From Bacteroidales bacterium (lineage in GTDB: Bacteria > Bacteroidota > Bacteroidia > Bacteroidales > JBBRXJ01): a stretch of 63,821 nt of DNA. Positions 1-9,069 of this stretch are shown piece after piece. The first letter of the stretch is position 1; the number at the start of each line of letters is the position of its first letter. The notes under the pieces were generated by a model that worked only from the letters and a program-made list of their open reading frames with translations, was not told the origin of the DNA and did no database searches. Where the stretch lies: the NCBI GenBank assembly GCA_038248505.1, contig JBBRXJ010000004.1, positions 1 to 63,821 on the forward strand. Reading direction: 5' to 3'. The translations under genes and the position numbers were made by a program.

Positions 1-75
1 TTTCTTAAAATCTTCGCTGAAAACTCGTTTCCGACGTTCTGATTCACTAAGTTTAAATTCTTCTCTTGTTGCCAT
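1..75 (-). mobile_element. IS3-family-like transposase OrfA, first 25 codons only (gene runs off the left edge)
   Basis: Minus-strand ATG at 75-73 opens MATREEFKLSESERRKRVFSEDFKK up to the window edge. The basic RRKRxFSxDFK segment resembles the start of the HTH in IS3/IS911-type OrfA proteins. A candidate TG-type element terminus (minus strand TGTGTCGGTGCCTGAAATATGTTGACCG, about 114-141) lies shortly upstream of the ATG. Confidence 0.4.
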
Positions 76-374
76 TTTTTTCCAGTTTAAAATGATTTTT
101 TAAGTCTTTAAAACGGTCAACATATTTCAGGCACCGACACAAAAATAAATCAACACCAGGCGGTAACACACGCTAAATTTAGATTATAAGAATAGCATTC
201 GTGAACTCCCCTTGATCCGTTTCCGATTGTCAGTTAAGACTTTTTACGTTTGTCATACTTCAGCGTATTGGGTCACCCAAAACTGCATTGCCACTTGGAC
301 ATGAATTTATTGATGCAGTAAAAAATGCTGTTAAAAAATGATTTTATAGGACGTAAAATAAAATTGTGAAATCC

Positions 375-935
375 TCAACCACTAACTCTCCCTGGATTTT
401 TCGCAATAAAGCTTTTCCAATTTTTTGCTGCTGATTTTTCGCCAACTATTACCGAGCCCTGATAAAAATGACACAATGCAGCAGCTAAACCATCAGTTGC
501 ATCAAGGTTTTTAGGGATGTCATCAAACTTAAGAATAGTTTTTAAGAATGCGGCTACCTGCTCTTTTGATGAAGCTCCCATACCCGTAATTGACATTTTT
601 ATTTTCTTTGGCGCATATTCAAAAATAGGCATGGAACGCGATAAAGCCGCGGCAATGGCTGCTCCCTGTGCCCTTCCTAATTTCAACATGCTCTGAATAT
701 TTTTTCCAAAGAAAGGTGCTTCAATGGCTAACTCATCGGGATGATATTCGTCAATCAAACTTATTACACGTTCAAAAATTTTCTTTATGCGCACAAAATG
801 ATCGTCATACTTATCAAGAAGTAAAACGCCCATGGTTATCAGTATAGGTTTATTATTTGTAACCTGAATAATTCCATAACCCATAATGGTTGTTCCCGGA
901 TCAATGCCTAATATTATTTTGTCTTTTATAGCCAA
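375..935 (-). CDS. ruvC: Crossover junction endodeoxyribonuclease RuvC
   Basis: 186-aa ORF with [14 protein letters not shown] at the N-terminus, [13 protein letters not shown] centrally and [12 protein letters not shown] near the C-terminus, all typical RuvC motifs. The start is TTG at 935-933, directly after the TAG of the upstream gene. Confidence 0.93.
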   Translation of the reverse strand: MAIKDKIILGIDPGTTIMGYGIIQVTNNKPILITMGVLLLDKYDDHFVRIKKIFERVISLIDEYHPDELAIEAPFFGKNIQSMLKLGRAQGAAIAAALSRSMPIFEYAPKKIKMSITGMGASSKEQVAAFLKTILKFDDIPKNLDATDGLAAALCHFYQGSVIVGEKSAAKNWKSFIAKNPGRVSG

Positions 936-2204
936 CTATTCAGCTCCTTTGTCAAATTCAAATCCGCTGAGTCGGTCTCTGAAATTCTTTATACGAGGGG
1001 TACTCGATTTTATAGTAAGCCATGAATTATACCTAATATAATTGAGTGATTGTTGTAAACAATCTTCAGCGGAGTCACCAAAAGGGCGATAAACATCATC
1101 GTATGCAAATTTTGTAGGTGGTATTCCATTAAAATATCCACCTTCATTATTTGCATTCGTTATTGCAAATGATATAGGTACAAAAGCATAATCACTAAAT
1201 TCAAATACATACATACCTACTGGTTTGCCATGTGTGGTATCTCCAATAATATAAACTGGCATGTATGGTTTCATACTATTTATAATTAACTCACTTGCTG
1301 AAGCGGTGTTACGTGTAGCAATTACAAATAAGCGGGTTATTCCTAAATTATAAGCCGTAGTTGTAAAATTATAGGTGTAATTTTCGTTTGCTAAATTACT
1401 ATTGTGCTTGTAGTTCATGCAAATTTTTCCATTGGTAATTGATGGAGCTAAAGAGTTCAATAAAAATTGCGCTACATCTACACGACCTCCGCCATTGTAT
1501 CTAAAATCGAGTACTAAATCATTAATACCCTGGCTCTGAAAATTGCTGAAAACCTGGTATAACTCATTATAAGTAGGACCTATAAAGCTATGCAGAACAA
1601 GATATCCTACCTTTTTAGAACCTGCTTGAATTACTTCTGAATGGATTACGGTTTTTATAGTCACATTTTCTTTTATCACATTCTTTACCAGAGTATCACC
1701 TAAAACATCAATGTATGTAAATTCTTTAGAGACCCCAAGATTATCGTCGCCAAGCAAGCTCAATTTATCAGCTGTATTGCTGAGAGCTACTCCATCAATT
1801 TTTATTATTTTACAACCTCTATCAATTCCTGCTTTTCTCATGGGTGATCCATCAAAAGAAAACAATATCAATAAATTTCCTGAGGCATCCTCGCTAAACT
1901 GAACCCCAAAACCAACATACATTCCTTCTTCAAAAAAATTATTAAACTCTTCGCGCGATTGTACATAACTCCAACGATCATATTGTTTGTTACGACAGTA
2001 AACCATTAAATCGTCAGGAGAACTAAAGGCAGCAGGATCGATAATGTAGGGTAGTTCTTGATTCCAAAAATAATTTTCTTTCAGAATAAGATATAATTCA
2101 GATTCAGCAATATCGCTAGGTGTACCTGATGGCGTGTATTCAGCCTCTTGCTCAACACAAGATGCAAATACAAGAAGCAAGAAAAGGTAAATACTATTTT
2201 TCAT
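936..2204 (-). CDS. S41-family (tail-specific/C-terminal processing type) peptidase, lipoprotein
   Basis: 422 aa. Lipobox signal LLLVFASC, a PDZ-like segment (GCKIIKIDGV), then an S41 core with FRYNGGGRVDVAQ and NTASASELIINSMK. Confidence 0.75.
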   Translation of the reverse strand: MKNSIYLFLLLVFASCVEQEAEYTPSGTPSDIAESELYLILKENYFWNQELPYIIDPAAFSSPDDLMVYCRNKQYDRWSYVQSREEFNNFFEEGMYVGFGVQFSEDASGNLLILFSFDGSPMRKAGIDRGCKIIKIDGVALSNTADKLSLLGDDNLGVSKEFTYIDVLGDTLVKNVIKENVTIKTVIHSEVIQAGSKKVGYLVLHSFIGPTYNELYQVFSNFQSQGINDLVLDFRYNGGGRVDVAQFLLNSLAPSITNGKICMNYKHNSNLANENYTYNFTTTAYNLGITRLFVIATRNTASASELIINSMKPYMPVYIIGDTTHGKPVGMYVFEFSDYAFVPISFAITNANNEGGYFNGIPPTKFAYDDVYRPFGDSAEDCLQQSLNYIRYNSWLTIKSSTPRIKNFRDRLSGFEFDKGAE

Positions 2205-2308
2205 CTATTCTGAAGTATCATTTGTTAGGATTCAAATACATAAACGATAAAAATATTCAGTAGTATATAATACCCCTCAATTTATATTTACCCTGTATTG
2301 AATTTGAT

Positions 2309-3583
2309 TTAGTCAATCATATCAAAACCAGTATAGCTAACTAAAGCCTTTGGAATAGTAATGCCCTTGGAGCATTGGTTATTTTCAAGTAAAGCAGCTA
2401 GTATACGGGGTAATGCTAAAGCACTTCCATTTAGTGTGTGAGCTAATTTAGGTGTTTTATCTATTTTGTCACGGTATCTTAATTTTAGGCGGTTTGCCTG
2501 AAAATTTTCAAAATTACTAACGGAGCTAACTTCAAGCCACTTTTGTTGTGCTGCGGAATAAACCTCAAGATCATAGGTTAATGCTGAGGTAAAACCCATA
2601 TCGCCTCCACATAATTTTATTACGCGAAAGGGTAATTCAAGTTGATTCAGCAGTTTTACTACATGAGCCACCATGGTTTCAAGCGTATCGTATGATTTAT
2701 CAGGATGTTCAATTTGTACTATCTCCACTTTATCAAACTGATGTAGTCGGTTAAGTCCACGAACATCTTTACCATAGGAGCCCGCCTCACGTCTAAAACA
2801 AGGGGTATATGCAGTCATTTTTATAGGAAGCTCTTCGGCATCAACAATAACATCGCGATAAATATTTGTAACCGGAACCTCAGCAGTAGGAACTAAATAA
2901 TAATTATCGACGGTACAATGGTACATCTGGCCTTCTTTATCGGGTAATTGACCAGTACCAAAACCACTATCTTCATTTACCATGAATGGTGGGAGATATT
3001 CGGTATAGCCTGATTCGCGTGCTTTATCAAGAAAGAAATTAATAAGGGCTCTCTGGTATCTGGCACCTTTACCTTTATATACAGGGAAGCCAGCTCCCGT
3101 TAATTTATTGCCTAGTTCAAAGTCAATAATATCGTATTTTTTGGCAAGATCCCAATGAGGTATTGCTTCACCGTCAAATTTGGGCATTTCACCACCAGTT
3201 AGCACTACAGGGTTATCTTCAGCTCCTTTTCCGTTTGGCACTGTTGCATGCGGTGCATTTGGCAGAGTAATAATGAGTGCCAGTACTTTTTTCTCAGCCT
3301 CTTCATGATCTGTTTCGGCTAATTTTAGCTCATCTTTAAGTAAAATGGTACGTTCTTTTGCTTTATCAGCGTCCTTTTTTTTGCCCTCTTTAAAAAGTTG
3401 GCCAATTTGTTTAGACAAATTATTAAGCTCTGCTTGAACATCATTTACTTTTGATTGTAGAGTACGTCGTTTTTCATCTAAACCAATTATCTCATCAATA
3501 ATTGGTTTAGCATCCATATTGCGGATCTTTAAACGACTAATAATTTCTTCGGGATTTTCGCGAATGAATTTTATAGTTAACAT
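2309..3583 (-). CDS. serS: Serine--tRNA ligase
   Basis: 424 aa. N-terminal coiled-coil arm and class II aaRS motifs (FRREAGSYGKDVRGLNRLHQF, GSALALPRILAALLEN). Confidence 0.97.
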   Translation of the reverse strand: MLTIKFIRENPEEIISRLKIRNMDAKPIIDEIIGLDEKRRTLQSKVNDVQAELNNLSKQIGQLFKEGKKKDADKAKERTILLKDELKLAETDHEEAEKKVLALIITLPNAPHATVPNGKGAEDNPVVLTGGEMPKFDGEAIPHWDLAKKYDIIDFELGNKLTGAGFPVYKGKGARYQRALINFFLDKARESGYTEYLPPFMVNEDSGFGTGQLPDKEGQMYHCTVDNYYLVPTAEVPVTNIYRDVIVDAEELPIKMTAYTPCFRREAGSYGKDVRGLNRLHQFDKVEIVQIEHPDKSYDTLETMVAHVVKLLNQLELPFRVIKLCGGDMGFTSALTYDLEVYSAAQQKWLEVSSVSNFENFQANRLKLRYRDKIDKTPKLAHTLNGSALALPRILAALLENNQCSKGITIPKALVSYTGFDMID

Positions 3584-3657
3584 AGCTGCAGTTTTAAAAC
3601 AAAAAATCTCCTGAGAAATATCTCAGGAGATCAAAGTTAACAAATATTTTGAAAGGT

Positions 3658-3918
3658 TTATACCGTTATAGGTTCAACTGATACAAAGGATTTTTCATCT
3701 TTTTTCTTACGAAAAACCACTTTACCATCAGCCAAAGCAAATAAGGTATGATCCACACCCATACCAACGTTATCGCCAGCATGATGAACGGTACCTCTTT
3801 GACGTACAATGATATTACCTGATTTGGCAAATTCGCCACCAAATTTCTTAATACCTAATCTCTTACTATGTGATTCACGGCCGTTTTTCGAACTACCAAC
3901 ACCTTTTTTATGTGCCAT
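3658..3918 (-). CDS. rpmA: 50S ribosomal protein L27
   Basis: 86 aa, [24 protein letters not shown]...IIVRQRGT. Confidence 0.97.
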   Translation of the reverse strand: MAHKKGVGSSKNGRESHSKRLGIKKFGGEFAKSGNIIVRQRGTVHHAGDNVGMGVDHTLFALADGKVVFRKKKDEKSFVSVEPITV

Positions 3919-3940
3919 ATCAATTCTTTTTTGAGGGTTC

Positions 3941-4255
3941 TTACTTTGCTGAAATGTTCTCTACTAAAAGCTGAGTTAAATATTGTCTGTGACCATTCAA
4001 TACTTTATAGCCTTTTCTTCTTTTCTTCTTAAATACTAAAACCTTCTCACCTTTAGTGTGTTCTAGTATTTTACAGGTAACACTGGCACCTTTTATAGTA
4101 GGCTCACCTACAGTCACAGCACCTTCATTATCAATTAGTAATACAGTTTCAAATGAAACTTGTTTACCTTCTTCATGTTCTAACCGGTTGACAAATATTT
4201 TGTCATTCTTTTCAACCTTCATTTGCATTCCGGCTATCGTAACTATCGCGTACAT
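3941..4255 (-). CDS. rplU: 50S ribosomal protein L21
   Basis: 104 aa starting MYAIV..GMQ.KVE, directly upstream of rpmA as in the conserved rplU-rpmA operon. Confidence 0.93.
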   Translation of the reverse strand: MYAIVTIAGMQMKVEKNDKIFVNRLEHEEGKQVSFETVLLIDNEGAVTVGEPTIKGASVTCKILEHTKGEKVLVFKKKRRKGYKVLNGHRQYLTQLLVENISAK

Positions 4256-4295
4256 TGCAATTTAATTAAATTGTTCAAAAAATTTATAGGGATGG

Positions 4296-4326
4296 CAAAG
4301 GTATAAAACTTTTAATTATCAACAAA
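4296..4326 (-). promoter_or_regulatory. Candidate Bacteroidota sigma-A promoter for rplU-rpmA
   Basis: Minus strand reads TTTG (4326-4323), a 19-nt spacer, then TACCTTTG (4303-4296). This matches the -33 TTTG / -7 TAnnTTTG consensus and lies about 40 nt upstream of the rplU ATG. Confidence 0.4.
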
Positions 4327-4364
4327 TATTTTGCTTTTTATTTACATAAATATAATTTGTAGCC

Positions 4365-4397
4365 TTTGTGCAAAAATACATTTTTATATTATCTTTG
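4365..4397 (+). promoter_or_regulatory. Candidate promoter for the DUF151 nuclease gene
   Basis: TTTG at 4365-4368, a 21-nt spacer, then TATCTTTG at 4390-4397 (TAnnTTTG). It lies 90 nt upstream of the ATG at 4487. Confidence 0.3.
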
Positions 4398-4486
4398 ATG
4401 CACAGCGCACGCTTTAGCTATTTATTAGGCCTCTAAAATACTGATTTATTTTTGTTTGAGGGTTTTTCTTTTAAGAATTATGAGAG

Positions 4487-5116
4487 ATGGGGAAAATTAG
4501 ATTAAATGTATTGGGTATATCCTATAGTCAAACCCAATCTGGGGCCTATGCTCTCGTTTTAACTGAGGAGGATGGCAATAGACGCATACCCATTATTGTT
4601 GGAGCCTTTGAAGCACAGGCCATTGCAATTCAACTGGAGGGCTTAACGCCTCCTCGTCCTTTAACGCATGATTTATTTATGAGCTTGGCTCAGTCGTTTA
4701 AGATTAGTCTTATAGAAGTAGTGATACATAAATTAGAAGAAGGCGTTTTCTTTGCTAAATTGTTATGTGATAATGGTAAAGACATGATTACCATTGATTC
4801 ACGCACTTCTGACGCTATTGCTTTGGCTTTACGTTTTGTTTGTCCAATTTTTACTACTGATGAGATAATGGAAAAAGCAGGCGTTGTTCTCGACTTTGAA
4901 GAAGGGGAGAAAAACAAGAAGCAAACACAAGAGGCAGAACTTATGGAGAAACCTCGGAAAAAAGCGTCAGAAAAAATTGAAATGCATGAAGATAATCCAT
5001 ATAGCTACCTCGACAATGATGAGATACAGAAAATGCTTGAAGATGCAATAAACCATGAAGATTATGAAAAGGCTTCCTCTTTGCGCGATGAGCTCAATAA
5101 ACGCCGTAAGTTATAA
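4487..5116 (+). CDS. Bifunctional nuclease family protein (DUF151) with C-terminal UVR-type motif
   Basis: 209 aa. DUF151-like core (VLTEEDGNRRIPIIVGAFEAQAIA...THDL) and a C-terminal DEIQKMLEDAINHEDYEKASSLRDEL helical hairpin like the UvrB/UvrC motif. Confidence 0.75.
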   Translation: MGKIRLNVLGISYSQTQSGAYALVLTEEDGNRRIPIIVGAFEAQAIAIQLEGLTPPRPLTHDLFMSLAQSFKISLIEVVIHKLEEGVFFAKLLCDNGKDMITIDSRTSDAIALALRFVCPIFTTDEIMEKAGVVLDFEEGEKNKKQTQEAELMEKPRKKASEKIEMHEDNPYSYLDNDEIQKMLEDAINHEDYEKASSLRDELNKRRKL

Positions 5117-5155
5117 ATTGCGTGGCGCCAAAATATTCAGCTTAGTATATATGAG

Positions 5156-6256
5156 ATGCAAATAGGTATCGTTCTCGTTTCTATTCTATTCCTAATATAT
5201 ATATTTTTCATTTTACTCCTTATATATGGATGGTATCGGATAAGACCTTTTACAAAGTCAAATTCGTTAGATCAGCCCTTTCTTTCTGTTGTAATTCCCT
5301 TTCGTAATGAAGCTAAAAATATTTCAGCTTTATTAAATGACTTATTTAATCAATCTCTTGATAAAATTAATTTCGAAATAATTTTAGTGAATGATCATTC
5401 AGATGATGAGAGTGTAAAAATAATTAATCAATTTAAGAATAAATTTGCTTTTTTATTGATTCATTCAAATACCCCATCCAAAGGTAAAAAGCAAGCATTG
5501 TCTAATGGAATACGTGCAAGTAAGGGAGAACTAATTCTTTCACTCGATGCTGATACTCGAATTGAATCGGACTTACTCTCCTTAATAATAAATTATTATT
5601 CCAAGTATAAATCAGACATGATTATATGTCCGGTTTTCTTCAATAAAAATAGAGGATTTTTAAATTCCGTTTTTTCTTTAGAATTTGCATCATTACTTGC
5701 ATCGGGTGCTGGTGCACTTGGTTTGGGTCAGCCCATCATGTGCAACGGAGCTTGTTTAGCATTTAAACGAGAATTGTATTTAAGTTATGGAAATAGACTC
5801 GATATTATATCGGGCGATGATATGTTTTTGATGTTGCATCTGAAAAAAGAGCATAAGCGAATTCATTATTTAAAAAACGCACATGTATATGCTTTAACGG
5901 ATGCTCCAAGTGATCTTAAATCTTTTATATCGCAACGAACAAGATGGGTATCAAAAGACAAAGCATACCGCGATGCGGGTGTGATTGAAACTGCAATTAT
6001 TGTCTTTTTGTTGAATACCGTACTCGCTATTTTGTTTGTTTCAGCTATTTTTGGTTTTTTTTCTTTTGGGCTTTTCTTATCATTATTCGGATTGAAATCA
6101 ATAGCTGATTTGGGAATTCTTTGGCCCTTCTTAAACTACTATGGAAGAAGGCATTATATTTGGTATTTTATTCCCACTCAGTTGTTATATATCTTTTATG
6201 TTCCACTTATCGCTATATGGGGAAATATTGCTAAATTTGAATGGAAAAATAAATAG
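5156..6256 (+). CDS. Family 2 glycosyltransferase, membrane-bound
   Basis: 366 aa. N-terminal TM helix, GT-A motifs (VVIPFRNE, LVNDHSDD, SLDADT, QRTRW) and C-terminal TM helices. Confidence 0.85.
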   Translation: MQIGIVLVSILFLIYIFFILLLIYGWYRIRPFTKSNSLDQPFLSVVIPFRNEAKNISALLNDLFNQSLDKINFEIILVNDHSDDESVKIINQFKNKFAFLLIHSNTPSKGKKQALSNGIRASKGELILSLDADTRIESDLLSLIINYYSKYKSDMIICPVFFNKNRGFLNSVFSLEFASLLASGAGALGLGQPIMCNGACLAFKRELYLSYGNRLDIISGDDMFLMLHLKKEHKRIHYLKNAHVYALTDAPSDLKSFISQRTRWVSKDKAYRDAGVIETAIIVFLLNTVLAILFVSAIFGFFSFGLFLSLFGLKSIADLGILWPFLNYYGRRHYIWYFIPTQLLYIFYVPLIAIWGNIAKFEWKNK

Positions 6257-6389
6257 ACTTTTTATAAACTAATTTTAATCAATATTAAACGAGCATGTTC
6301 GTAAAAAATAAACAAGGATGAAAATTCACATGCGAGTTCCTTCGCTTCAGGCGAACATCCATTATTTATTTACCCAAAATTATTTATCC

Positions 6390-6605
6390 ATGAAAAAACG
6401 TATTTTTCTCAGCACACTTCTTTTTACATTTATTTGTTGGATTAGCCTTCCTGTAAATGGCATTCAATCGGGTTTGAAAGTAAATATTTCAGACACAGTT
6501 AAGCCTATTGAAAAAAAAATAAGCACAATTGAACCAAGCAAAAAAGAAGTAAAATCAGAAGCAACAAAAAAAGATAAACAAAGTCAGGCTGGAACTTCAA
6601 AATAA
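6390..6605 (+). CDS. Small secreted Lys-rich hypothetical protein
   Basis: An internal ATG at 6390 gives MKKRIFLSTLLFTFICWISLPVNG, a signal peptide, followed by a low-complexity K/E/S tail. The track start at 6318 adds 24 non-signal residues. Confidence 0.4.
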   Translation: MKKRIFLSTLLFTFICWISLPVNGIQSGLKVNISDTVKPIEKKISTIEPSKKEVKSEATKKDKQSQAGTSK

Positions 6606-6623
6606 TAAACGCTACTTCTTTTA

Positions 6624-7856
6624 ATGGTACTCAATTATATTTGGATTGCCTTTTTCCTACTCGCTTTTGTGGTAGGATTGGTAAAGCTTATTTTTTTTGG
6701 TGATACATCTGTTTTCCCTGCAATGATGGGAAGTACTTTTGATATGGCCAAAACCGGGTTTGAAATTTCTATTGGCCTTACAGGTGTATTAACTTTATGG
6801 CTAGGCCTAATGAAAATTGGCGAAGCGGGCGGTATGGTTAAAATTCTCTCACGTCTTTTTGGTCCTTTGTTTCGTCGTTTATTTCCTGAATTACCAGCTG
6901 ATTGTCCAGCGCAGGGAAGCATTATTATGAATTTAGCATCGAATATGCTAGGACTTGGTAATGCCGCAACGCCCATAGGATTGAAAGCTATGAAGGAGAT
7001 GCAGGAAGTGAATCCGAATAAAGATACAGCCTCCAATCCAATGATAATGTTTTTGGTATTAAATACCTCAGGTCTTACTCTAATACCAATGACCATAATG
7101 GTTTATCGTGCACAGTTTGGTGCTGCTGATCCGTCTGATATTTTGTTGCCCTCTGTAATTGCTACATTTATTGCTATGTTAGCTGGTTTGGTTAGTGTTG
7201 CCATCATGCAGAAGATAAATTTGTTTAATAGAGTCGTGTTGGCGTATTTAGGGACATTATTTTTAGTGATTACTGCTTTAATTTGGTTTTTTAGTAGACT
7301 TCCGCAAGCAGATGTGACGCGTATTTCGAGTATTGGTAGTAATCTGATATTATTTTCAGTTATCATTTCTTTTTTTGCTCTCGGCATTCGTAAGAAATTA
7401 AACCTATACGAAACCTTCATAGAAGGCGCTAAAGAAGGTTTTGAAATTGCAATAAAGATTATTCCTTACCTCATTGCAATTATGGTAGCCATAGGTGTTT
7501 TTAGAGCTTCTGGTTCAATGGATTTTATTATTTCTGGTTTTGATAAAGCATTTATTGCACTCGGTTTAGATACCTCATTTGTACCCGCTTTACCTACTGC
7601 TTTAATGAAGCCATTAAGTGGTAGCGGTACACGTGGACTTATGGTTGAAGCGATGCAGAGTTATGGTGTAGATTCGTTAGTAGGTCGAATGGTATGTGTT
7701 ATTCAAGGTTCAGCAGATACCACCTTTTATATACTTGCTGTTTATTTTGGAACAGTAGGCATTCGCAAAACCCGTTATGCTTTAACATGCGGATTGATTA
7801 CCGATGTGGCAGGAATTGTTGCTGCAATAATTCTTAGCTATATCTTTTTTGCATAG
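6624..7856 (+). CDS. Nucleoside-recognition (Gate) domain membrane protein, fused SpmA/SpmB type
   Basis: 410-aa polytopic membrane protein with two Gate-like halves (NLASNMLGLGNAATPIGLKAM; GSADTTFYILAVYFG). Confidence 0.8.
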   Translation: MVLNYIWIAFFLLAFVVGLVKLIFFGDTSVFPAMMGSTFDMAKTGFEISIGLTGVLTLWLGLMKIGEAGGMVKILSRLFGPLFRRLFPELPADCPAQGSIIMNLASNMLGLGNAATPIGLKAMKEMQEVNPNKDTASNPMIMFLVLNTSGLTLIPMTIMVYRAQFGAADPSDILLPSVIATFIAMLAGLVSVAIMQKINLFNRVVLAYLGTLFLVITALIWFFSRLPQADVTRISSIGSNLILFSVIISFFALGIRKKLNLYETFIEGAKEGFEIAIKIIPYLIAIMVAIGVFRASGSMDFIISGFDKAFIALGLDTSFVPALPTALMKPLSGSGTRGLMVEAMQSYGVDSLVGRMVCVIQGSADTTFYILAVYFGTVGIRKTRYALTCGLITDVAGIVAAIILSYIFFA

Positions 7857-7859
7857 TCT

Positions 7860-8369
7860 TTAATGTATGATTAGATATTGATTTTCAGAATAGCTATTAC
7901 TATTGATTTTTATTATATATAGCACCTTTTCTGTAATCATTAATTGAGAATTATTATCAACTTCTTTGTTGATAAATAATTGCCCACATGAGTTAAATAT
8001 CGCTATGTTTGCTGAAGGAATTATATCGGCTAACTTAATATTTATAAGCCCTGTTGAAAGATTTGGGAAAATACTGCTTTTATATTTATGGTCATTTAAA
8101 TCTCTATTTAATCCGGTTACATTCAGTGATAATGTATTGGATGTATTTTCATTATTTTCATTATCAAAAACTTTAATATAGTAGTTTGCTTGCGTGTTGT
8201 AAGAATCTGTATACTCTATATTCCAGATATTGTTAATAACAGTATCTGTTCTAATTAAAAGACCATCTCGGTATAATTTAACTTTTGAGATATATCCGTC
8301 TTCATCAAAAAAACTAGCGTTGAATTTAGCTTGATTGTATGATATTGTTGCCGTAGATTCATCTGCATT
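7860..8369 (-). pseudogene. 5'-truncated remnant of a T9SS cargo gene (Ig-like segment plus C-terminal sorting domain)
   Basis: My codon-by-codon translation of the minus strand gives 169 open codons with no usable start. They end in ...SSIFPNLSTGLINIKLADIIPSANIAIFNSCGQLFINKEVDNNSQLMITEKVLYIIKINSNSYSENQYLIIH*, which has the pattern of a Por-secretion-tail CTD. The upstream stop is at 8370-8372. The only in-frame start codons are ATG at 7940-7938 and GTG at 7925-7923, both close to the stop, so any start-defined ORF here is under 60 aa and is absent from the track. Confidence 0.6.
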
Positions 8370-8790
8370 TTATTGGTCGGAGTATAGAAATATACAAGAC
8401 TATAATATTTCAGGAGATGATTTTACATTTAGCACCACATTTTACAATTCATTTTTTCATAAGAAACATAGTAATAATGAATCAATCATTATTATTGTTG
8501 GGGAGAAAGAACGAATACAAGTTGTTTTTCAAAATAGAAGTCGTTCTCATTTTGGAACAATTATTTTTGCCGAAAAAAGATTAAATGGTAAAAATGATGA
8601 TCTTTCGATGTTTGGATTAGATGTGACCCAGGCATCAAATGTTCGAATAGAAAATGTAAATAAAAATATTTTAATTTATTTTAATGATTCTTTAATTTAT
8701 CAAACGACGTATCAAAAATCAATTGGGAATATTAAAAGTCTGATATTCTCATTTGCTGGTGGTGGAATTGTTGATGCAATACTTCTTTAA
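8335..8790 (+). CDS. Hypothetical protein or gene fragment (jelly-roll/LamG-like feel), doubtful TTG start
   Basis: 151-aa ORF that opens with TTG directly after an in-frame TGA. It is protein-like (NILIYFNDSLIYQTTYQKSIGNIKSLIFSFAGGG) but has no signal peptide or clear start. Its 5' end overlaps the 5' end of the opposite-strand remnant. Confidence 0.3.
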   Translation: MYDIVAVDSSAFYWSEYRNIQDYNISGDDFTFSTTFYNSFFHKKHSNNESIIIIVGEKERIQVVFQNRSRSHFGTIIFAEKRLNGKNDDLSMFGLDVTQASNVRIENVNKNILIYFNDSLIYQTTYQKSIGNIKSLIFSFAGGGIVDAILL

Positions 8791-9069
8791 AATAGCACAA
8801 AGACAATCAGTTACAAGCTATAAATTTGTAACTATTTTAAATGCATTTATTGATGGCCAGAGGCCATAAGAAAAAAGCATAAAGATTTATTTAAGAAGAC
8901 TGAGCGGGGCAGGACGCTCAGCCTAACACATCCGTTACATCCAAACATATTCCACTAGTTCGGAGTTATAATACTAAATTAAGTTTGCAACACGAGAATC
9001 CTCCTGCAGCAGCGGGGAGCCATTGCTATTGGAGACGTTTTTTAACACAAAGAACACTTAGGGCCGCAA

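Noticed and set aside
933-938. Read-through fusion of S41 peptidase and RuvC (same frame, TAG immediately followed by TTG)
   Set aside because: The two proteins are unrelated, complete domains. Stop-start adjacency is ordinary operon packing, and there is no evidence for suppression.
6635-7420. Antisense track ORFs (6635..7096 and 7103..7420, plus similar ones at 1711, 4056, 4690, 9392, 9728, 10808, 12181, 26643, 26954, 42004, 49368, 54266, 56988 and others)
   Set aside because: They lie wholly inside genes with strong family motifs on the opposite strand and have low-complexity or odd composition. Such long antisense ORFs are expected by chance in an AT-rich genome.
8890-9050. GC-rich island as tmRNA, RNase P RNA or SRP RNA
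   Set aside because: None of the invariant blocks I know (GGAAAGTCCGGGC-type P4, an Ala-tRNA-like end with a tag ORF, the GGAA tetraloop with AGCA/GGUCAGG loop) can be read on either strand, and the island is too short for RNase P or tmRNA.
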